64,000 bases of DNA, from positions 12,143-76,142 of the forward strand of contig CAZYWK010000003.1 in the NCBI GenBank assembly GCA_964651825.1. The letters run 5' to 3'. Positions within the stretch are counted from its first letter, which is position 1. Each line of letters begins with the position of its first letter. Positions 58,960 to 64,000 of the stretch are shown here, one piece after another. The position numbers were made by a program, and so were the translations under genes. Under the pieces are notes generated by a model. That model was not told where the DNA came from, made no database searches, and worked only from the letters and a program-made list of their open reading frames with translations. This DNA comes from an uncultured Ilumatobacteraceae bacterium. Its GTDB lineage: Bacteria > Actinomycetota > Acidimicrobiia > Acidimicrobiales > Ilumatobacteraceae.

Positions 58960-59616
58960 ATGCCACTCGACGTGACCACCAACGACGCGTCCGCGCTGAC
59001 CGATTCCGACCTCGACGAACTGGCGTCGATGGAGGACGCGTTCAGTGCCGGACAGCTGTCCAAGGCCAAGGAAGACTGGGTGCTCATCACCACCGCTCGG
59101 TCGAGCGGAAAGCTGCACGGGTTCACCTTCTCCACCCTCGAACGCATCGGCGGCACACCGTGCGTGCTGCTGGGGCTGATGAGCGTGAAGCGCAGTTCCA
59201 AGCGTGACCAGGTGCTTCGCGGGCTGATCGGCGAGGCCTATCACCGGGCCCTCATGGCGTTCCCCGACGAAGATGTGGTGGTCGGTTCGCGCTTCGTCAA
59301 CGCCGACGGGCTCGAAGCGTTCAAGGATCTTCGCGACGTCACGCCGTCGCCGGGTACCACCGCTGTCGGCGAGGAGCGCGCCTGGGGACGCCGGCTGGCC
59401 AAGCGGTTCGGCATCGAGGCGAAGTACGACGCGACGTCGTTCATCTCCTCCTCCGGCGCCCAGTCGGGCTATCTCGACCACGAATCGTCGAAGCCCGACA
59501 AGCTCGATCCCGCAGTCGTCGATCTTCTCTCGAAGGTTCCGGTCGCCAAGGGTGGTGTGATGGTGGTCTACGGCTGGACGATGGCCGAGGACCTCGTCAA
59601 ACTCGGTCGTCGCTGA
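58960..59616 (+). CDS. hypothetical protein
   Basis: 218-aa ORF whose composition looks like real coding sequence. I recognise no family. Confidence 0.45.
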   Translation: MPLDVTTNDASALTDSDLDELASMEDAFSAGQLSKAKEDWVLITTARSSGKLHGFTFSTLERIGGTPCVLLGLMSVKRSSKRDQVLRGLIGEAYHRALMAFPDEDVVVGSRFVNADGLEAFKDLRDVTPSPGTTAVGEERAWGRRLAKRFGIEAKYDATSFISSSGAQSGYLDHESSKPDKLDPAVVDLLSKVPVAKGGVMVVYGWTMAEDLVKLGRR

Positions 59617-59628
59617 CCGCGGGGCCGC

Positions 59629-60285
59629 ATGAGCGAGTTCGCCGAGGTCGTCCGGCGGCGGCGGATGACCCGGGCGTTCGACTCGCGCCCGGTCGATGCT
59701 GACGACCTCGATCGGCTCGTCGACCTCGCCGCTCGGGCCCCGAGCGCGGGCAAGGCCCAGGGATGGCACCTGCTCGTGCTGGAAGGTGACGACACCGCAT
59801 TGTTCTGGGACGCCACCCTGCCGGCGGTGCGGCGTGACTCGTTCCGCTGGAAGAAGTTGCTCAGCGCGCCCGTGGTCGCGTTGCCCTTCGCCGATCCGAA
59901 GGCCTACACCGAGCGGTACGCCGAGCCGGACAAGATCCAGACGGGCCTCGGGGCCGGCCCCGAGGCCTGGCCGGTGCCCTACTGGACGATCGATGCGTCG
60001 ATGTCGGTGATGACCCTGCTGCTCGCCGCCGAGGATTCCGGGCTCGGAGCATTGTTCTTCGGCGTGTTCCGTGGCGAGCGCGAGCTGCGACAAGTGCTCG
60101 GTGTGCCACCGGGGCCGGTGCTGCTCGGCGCGCTCGCACTCGGCTATGCGTCCGTGCGCGGGCCCGACGACACCGATCCGGGCCGAAGTGCTCACCGCCG
60201 ACGGCGGCCGCCGTCAGAGATCATCCACCGGGGGCGCTGGGAGGGGAGTCGGGTGGCGTCGTCACCCTCCCCGGGCGACCGGTGA
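59629..60285 (+). CDS. nitroreductase-family protein
   Basis: 218 aa. VVRRRRMTRAF..AAARAPSAGKAQGWH N-terminal nitroreductase signature. The 3' end overlaps the convergent neighbour by 65 nt. Confidence 0.75.
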   Translation: MSEFAEVVRRRRMTRAFDSRPVDADDLDRLVDLAARAPSAGKAQGWHLLVLEGDDTALFWDATLPAVRRDSFRWKKLLSAPVVALPFADPKAYTERYAEPDKIQTGLGAGPEAWPVPYWTIDASMSVMTLLLAAEDSGLGALFFGVFRGERELRQVLGVPPGPVLLGALALGYASVRGPDDTDPGRSAHRRRRPPSEIIHRGRWEGSRVASSPSPGDR

Positions 60286-62278
60286 GGGCCTCGATCAGCC
60301 CTTCGGTCGTGTCGCGTGGCGTCTGGCAGCTGTAGTCGCGGCAGACGTAGGCGTAACCGTCCTCGCGGCCGTGCCACAGCGGAGACTCGTACGGCTCGCC
60401 CCAGGCCAGCACCGTGTCGGGACGCCAGATGGTGTGGGCGATGCGGACCAGATCGGGCCGGTCGCCGACGATCGCCACCTCGGTGATCCCGCGACGGCGC
60501 AGATCGGCCGCGATGAGCGCGTTCGAGTACGAGCCGATCGTCTCCCCGATCACCCCGTTGATCAGTTGCAGGATGCGGTCGGCGTGGTTCGCGTACCGCT
60601 GTTCGCCGGTCAGCGCGGCGAGGCGGTGGAGCGCGATCGCGGCCGTCGAGTTGGCCGACGGCGTGGCGTTGTCGACGAGGTCCTTCTGACGCACGATCAG
60701 CGGGTCGGCGTCCTCGGCGGTGGTGTAGAGCCCGCCGTTGACCGGGTCCCAGAACCACTCGAGCATCGTCTCGGCGACCGACATGGCGGCGTCGATCCAA
60801 CGCGCCTGGCCGGTCGCCTCGGCGAGGCGGGTGAACGCATCGACCAGAGCGGCGTGGTCGGCGGCGAGCGCGTCGTGGCGCGCTCGCGGCTCGCCGTCGG
60901 CCTGCCAACTCCGCCACCAGCGGCCGTCGGGGCGGCGCAGCTCACGCAGGAGGAACTCGCCGTTGGCGATCGCGGCGTCGAGCCAGTCGCGCTGGCCGAA
61001 CGCAGCCGCGGCCTCGGCGAGCGCGGCGAGGAACAACGCGTTCCACTCGGTGAGCACCTTGTCGTCGAGACCGGGTCGGCGCCGCTGGGCGCGGGCGGCG
61101 AACATCAATTGCCGCGCCGCCTCGATCGGGGGCGGCCGTTCGAGGACGCCGCGGGCGTGGGAGCGATTGGGGATCGATCGGCCCTCGAAGTTGCCTTCGT
61201 CGGTGATGCCGTACCAGTCGAGCGTGGCGGCGATCACCCTGTCGCGGGCGTCGTCGGGGACCGACGCCAGCGCGGCCCGTACCTCGTCGGGGGTCCAGGT
61301 GTGGAAGAGGCCCTCGACGCCGTGGCCGTTCTCGTCGGGCGAGTCGGCGTCCTCGGCAGAGTAGAAGCCGCCGTCGGGGTGGCGAAGGGTCGTCAGGACG
61401 TAGGAGATCGTCTCGCCGATCACGTTGCGCCACGGTGTGTTGCCGATCACGACGAGGCCGTGCAGGTACGTGCGCACGAGCAGTGCCTGGTCGTAGAGCA
61501 TCTTCTCGAAGTGCGGGACGAGCCACTCGCGGTCGACCGAGTAGCGGGCGAAGCCACCGCCGATGTGATCGTAGATCCCGCCCGAGGCCATGGCGTCGAG
61601 CGTGTTCGCCACGATCGTCTTCGGCGCCTCCTGGGCCGTGGTCATGTAGGCCCGCAGGATCAGCTCCAGGCTGAACGTCGACGGGAACTTCGGGGCCTGA
61701 CCGAATCCGCCCCAGTCGGGGTCGTAGGCCCGGCCGAGGCCCTGCACGTTGCTGTTGAGCACGTCGATGTCCGGCAGGTCGTCCGCCGGCTCGATCGACG
61801 ACGTCTTGTCGATCGCCGCGACGAGCGCCTTCACGTTCTTGGCGATGTCGTCGGACTTGTTGCGGTAGGCGTCGTCGATCGCCGACAGCAGGGCGAGGAA
61901 CTGCGGCTTGGGGAAGTACGTCCCACCGTAGAAGGGCGCCCCGTCGGGCGTCAGGAACACGGTCATCGGCCAGCCGCCGCGCCCGGTCATCGCCTGCACC
62001 GCATCCATGTAGATGGCGTCGACGTCGGGCCGCTCTTCGCGGTCGACCTTGACGTTGACGAACAGTTCGTTCATCCGCTCGGCGACCTCGGTGTCCTCGA
62101 AGCACTCGTGGGCCATCACGTGACACCAGTGGCACGCCGAATAGCCGACCGACAGCAGGATCGGGGCGTTGCGCTCTTTCGCCGCGGCGAAGGCATCGGG
62201 CCCCCACGCGTACCAGTCGACCGGGTTGTCACGGTGCTGGCGGAGGTACGGGGACGTCTCCGTCGCGAGTCGGTTCAC
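60221..62278 (-). CDS. thioredoxin-domain protein (DUF255/YyaL-like with six-hairpin domain)
   Basis: 685 aa. [18 protein letters not shown] and [13 protein letters not shown]. Confidence 0.85.
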   Translation of the reverse strand: MNRLATETSPYLRQHRDNPVDWYAWGPDAFAAAKERNAPILLSVGYSACHWCHVMAHECFEDTEVAERMNELFVNVKVDREERPDVDAIYMDAVQAMTGRGGWPMTVFLTPDGAPFYGGTYFPKPQFLALLSAIDDAYRNKSDDIAKNVKALVAAIDKTSSIEPADDLPDIDVLNSNVQGLGRAYDPDWGGFGQAPKFPSTFSLELILRAYMTTAQEAPKTIVANTLDAMASGGIYDHIGGGFARYSVDREWLVPHFEKMLYDQALLVRTYLHGLVVIGNTPWRNVIGETISYVLTTLRHPDGGFYSAEDADSPDENGHGVEGLFHTWTPDEVRAALASVPDDARDRVIAATLDWYGITDEGNFEGRSIPNRSHARGVLERPPPIEAARQLMFAARAQRRRPGLDDKVLTEWNALFLAALAEAAAAFGQRDWLDAAIANGEFLLRELRRPDGRWWRSWQADGEPRARHDALAADHAALVDAFTRLAEATGQARWIDAAMSVAETMLEWFWDPVNGGLYTTAEDADPLIVRQKDLVDNATPSANSTAAIALHRLAALTGEQRYANHADRILQLINGVIGETIGSYSNALIAADLRRRGITEVAIVGDRPDLVRIAHTIWRPDTVLAWGEPYESPLWHGREDGYAYVCRDYSCQTPRDTTEGLIEALTGRPGRVTTPPDSPPSAPGG

Positions 62279-62326
62279 GTCGTCGCAGCGTACCGACGGG
62301 TCCCGGGTGCGGGTCAGACGATCAGT

Positions 62327-63094
62327 TCAGACGGCGGTGGCGTGGAATCCGCCGTCGACGTGGACGATCTCGCCGGTCGTGGCGGGGAACCAGTCGGACA
62401 GCAGCGCGATGCAGGCCTTCGCGACCGGCTCGGAGTTCGTGACGTCCCAGCCGAGCGGGGCACGGTCGTCCCAGATGTCCTCGAAGAGCGCGAACCCGGG
62501 AATCGACTTGGCGGCCATGGTCTTCACCGGTCCGGCAGCGACGAGGTTCGAGCGGATGCCGAGCGGGCCGAGCTCCTTGGCGAGATAGCGCGACACGCTC
62601 TGAAGGGCCGACTTGGCGACACCCATCCAGTTGTAGGCCGGCCACGCCTGACTGTTGTCGAAGTCGAGGCCGACGAACGCGCCGCCGGTGCCCATCAGCG
62701 GCAGGAACGTCTCGACGAGCGTCTTGTACGAGAACGTCGAGATGTGCATGGCGACGGCCACGTCGGCCCACGGCGCGTCGAGGAACGGCTCGCCGAGACA
62801 CGACGGGGGAGCGAAGCCGATGGCGTGGAGCACACCGTCGACGTGGCCCCACTTGGCGGCCAGCTCGTCGCGGACTTCGGGGCCGTGTTCCGGGACGGTC
62901 ACGTCGAACTCGAACACGTCGATTCCCTCGCCGAGCTTGCGGGCCGTGCGCTGCGTGAGCGAGAGCGCCCGGCCGGCGCCCGTGAGCACGATCTCCGCGC
63001 CCTCGTCGAGGGCCATGCGGGCCGTCCCGAACGCGAGCGACGCGTCGGTCAGCACGCCCGTGATCACGATCTTCTTGCCGTCGAGCAGTCCCAT
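62327..63094 (-). CDS. fabI: enoyl-[acyl-carrier-protein] reductase (NADH), FabI/InhA-like
   Basis: 255 aa from an internal ATG. MGLLDGKKIVITGVLTDASLAF closely resembles the InhA N-terminus. Confidence 0.9.
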   Translation of the reverse strand: MGLLDGKKIVITGVLTDASLAFGTARMALDEGAEIVLTGAGRALSLTQRTARKLGEGIDVFEFDVTVPEHGPEVRDELAAKWGHVDGVLHAIGFAPPSCLGEPFLDAPWADVAVAMHISTFSYKTLVETFLPLMGTGGAFVGLDFDNSQAWPAYNWMGVAKSALQSVSRYLAKELGPLGIRSNLVAAGPVKTMAAKSIPGFALFEDIWDDRAPLGWDVTNSEPVAKACIALLSDWFPATTGEIVHVDGGFHATAV

Positions 63095-63158
63095 GCGACG
63101 GCAACCTAGCCGGGCGAGAAGTTCGCGAGAGAGGGGGGTGGCGTGCCACGCTGTCGCC

Positions 63159-63842
63159 ATGCGCATCGGGATACTCGGCGGGACCGGCCCGGCCGGCAGT
63201 GGATTGGCGGCTCGGCTGGCGAGCATCGGACACGATGTGGTGATCGGATCACGTTCGAAGTATCGGGCGATGGAGGCCGTCGACGAGCTCGTCGGCAAGT
63301 GGCCGCAGCTGGCCGAGCGCCTCACCGCCGGCGACAATGCCGGCGCTGCCGACTGCGAGCTGATCGTGATGGCCACGCCGTGGGACTCGGCCGCGGGCAC
63401 CGCGCAGGAGAACGCTCAGGCCCTGGCCGGCAAGGTCGTCGTGTCGATGGCCAACGCGCTCGTGCGGGTCAACAAGGAGTTCCAGCCGCTCGTCCCTCCT
63501 CGCGGCAGCGTGGCCGCCCATGTCCAAGCCGCTGTCCCGCGCAGCCGTGTGGTCGCCGCGTTCCACCATCTTCCGGCGACCGAGCTCGGCCACATCGACG
63601 AGCCGATCGATTCCGACGTGTTGATCTGCGGTGACGACCCTGCCGCGGTGCGCACGGTCAGCGCGATCGTCGACGACATCCCGGGCTGCCGGCCACTCGA
63701 CGCCGGCGAGCTGTCGAACGCCACCGCCATCGAGGCCTTCACCGCGGTGCTCCTGCAGCTCAACGTCCGCTACAAGACCCGCGTCGCGCCGAAGCTCACG
63801 GGAATCAAACGCGACCCGCGTGCGGTTGGGCCCCCTGCATGA
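63159..63842 (+). CDS. NADPH-dependent F420 reductase-like oxidoreductase
   Basis: 227 aa. MRIGILGGTGPAGSGLA Rossmann motif and the overall NpdG/FNO-like layout. Confidence 0.65.
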   Translation: MRIGILGGTGPAGSGLAARLASIGHDVVIGSRSKYRAMEAVDELVGKWPQLAERLTAGDNAGAADCELIVMATPWDSAAGTAQENAQALAGKVVVSMANALVRVNKEFQPLVPPRGSVAAHVQAAVPRSRVVAAFHHLPATELGHIDEPIDSDVLICGDDPAAVRTVSAIVDDIPGCRPLDAGELSNATAIEAFTAVLLQLNVRYKTRVAPKLTGIKRDPRAVGPPA

Positions 63843-64000
63843 GCGACCCGATCCTCCTGTACGACACGCCACGGAGGGCGATCGTCCCGTTCGAGCCGAA
63901 CGACCATGTGCTGATGTACACGTGCGGCATCACCCCGTACGACGCCACCCACCTCGGCCACGCCGCGACGTTCATCGCCTACGACGTGTTGCAGCGACGG
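63839..64000 (+). CDS. mshC: Cys-tRNA-ligase-family enzyme, MshC-like (3' end truncated by the window)
   Basis: ATGA overlap with the upstream stop. CGITPYDATHLGHAATF matches the MshC-type rather than the CysS-type HIGH region. Confidence 0.65.
   Translation, partial: MSDPILLYDTPRRAIVPFEPNDHVLMYTCGITPYDATHLGHAATFIAYDVLQRR

Noticed and set aside
60071-63109. 1012-aa plus-strand ORF
   Set aside because: It is antisense to the thioredoxin-domain (DUF255) and fabI genes, both of which have clear family motifs. Its composition is Arg/Gly/Val/Asp-rich junk.

Overview
High-G+C (judged by eye, not computed) chromosomal core region of an Actinomycetota genome. Lineage markers are MtrA-MtrB plus a LpqB-like lipoprotein, SepF/DivIVA, a Bpa-like proteasome activator, an MshC-like ligase and an F420-type reductase. 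The centre is a complete, almost entirely co-directional division and cell-wall (dcw) block: mraZ-rsmH-ftsL-ftsI-murE-mraY-murD-ftsW-murG-murC-murB-ftsQ-ftsZ-pgeF-yggS-[insert]-sepF-divIVA-ileS-dksA-like-lspA-rluD. Most junctions are 1-4 nt ATGA/GTGA start/stop overlaps, and I used these to trim the ORF-track starts. The flanks hold housekeeping genes: queG, ppa, glpK, pfkA, dinB, a MoxR-DUF58-transglutaminase triad, an acyl-CoA dehydrogenase, a YdeP-type molybdoenzyme, gpx, an Rrf2 regulator, fabI and an intein-containing dnaE. I saw no rRNA, tRNA, CRISPR array, transposase or integrase. I did not find a clear new multi-gene system. The most unusual signals are: (1) a 48-nt hairpin repeat that always occurs as a doublet with an exact 62-nt period, at three loci, two of which bracket the only antisense gene (AbiEi-N/DUF559) inside the division block; (2) eight helically phased TGGGG(A) boxes covering a candidate promoter upstream of mraZ; (3) a 409-aa class-1 intein with a LAGLIDADG-type domain in DnaE at a site different from the cyanobacterial split-intein site; (4) no murF or yggT at their usual positions; (5) a Cys-less DksA/TraR-like protein with a histone-tail-like N-terminus. 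Many long ORFs in the track are antisense artefacts of the high G+C content and were rejected.
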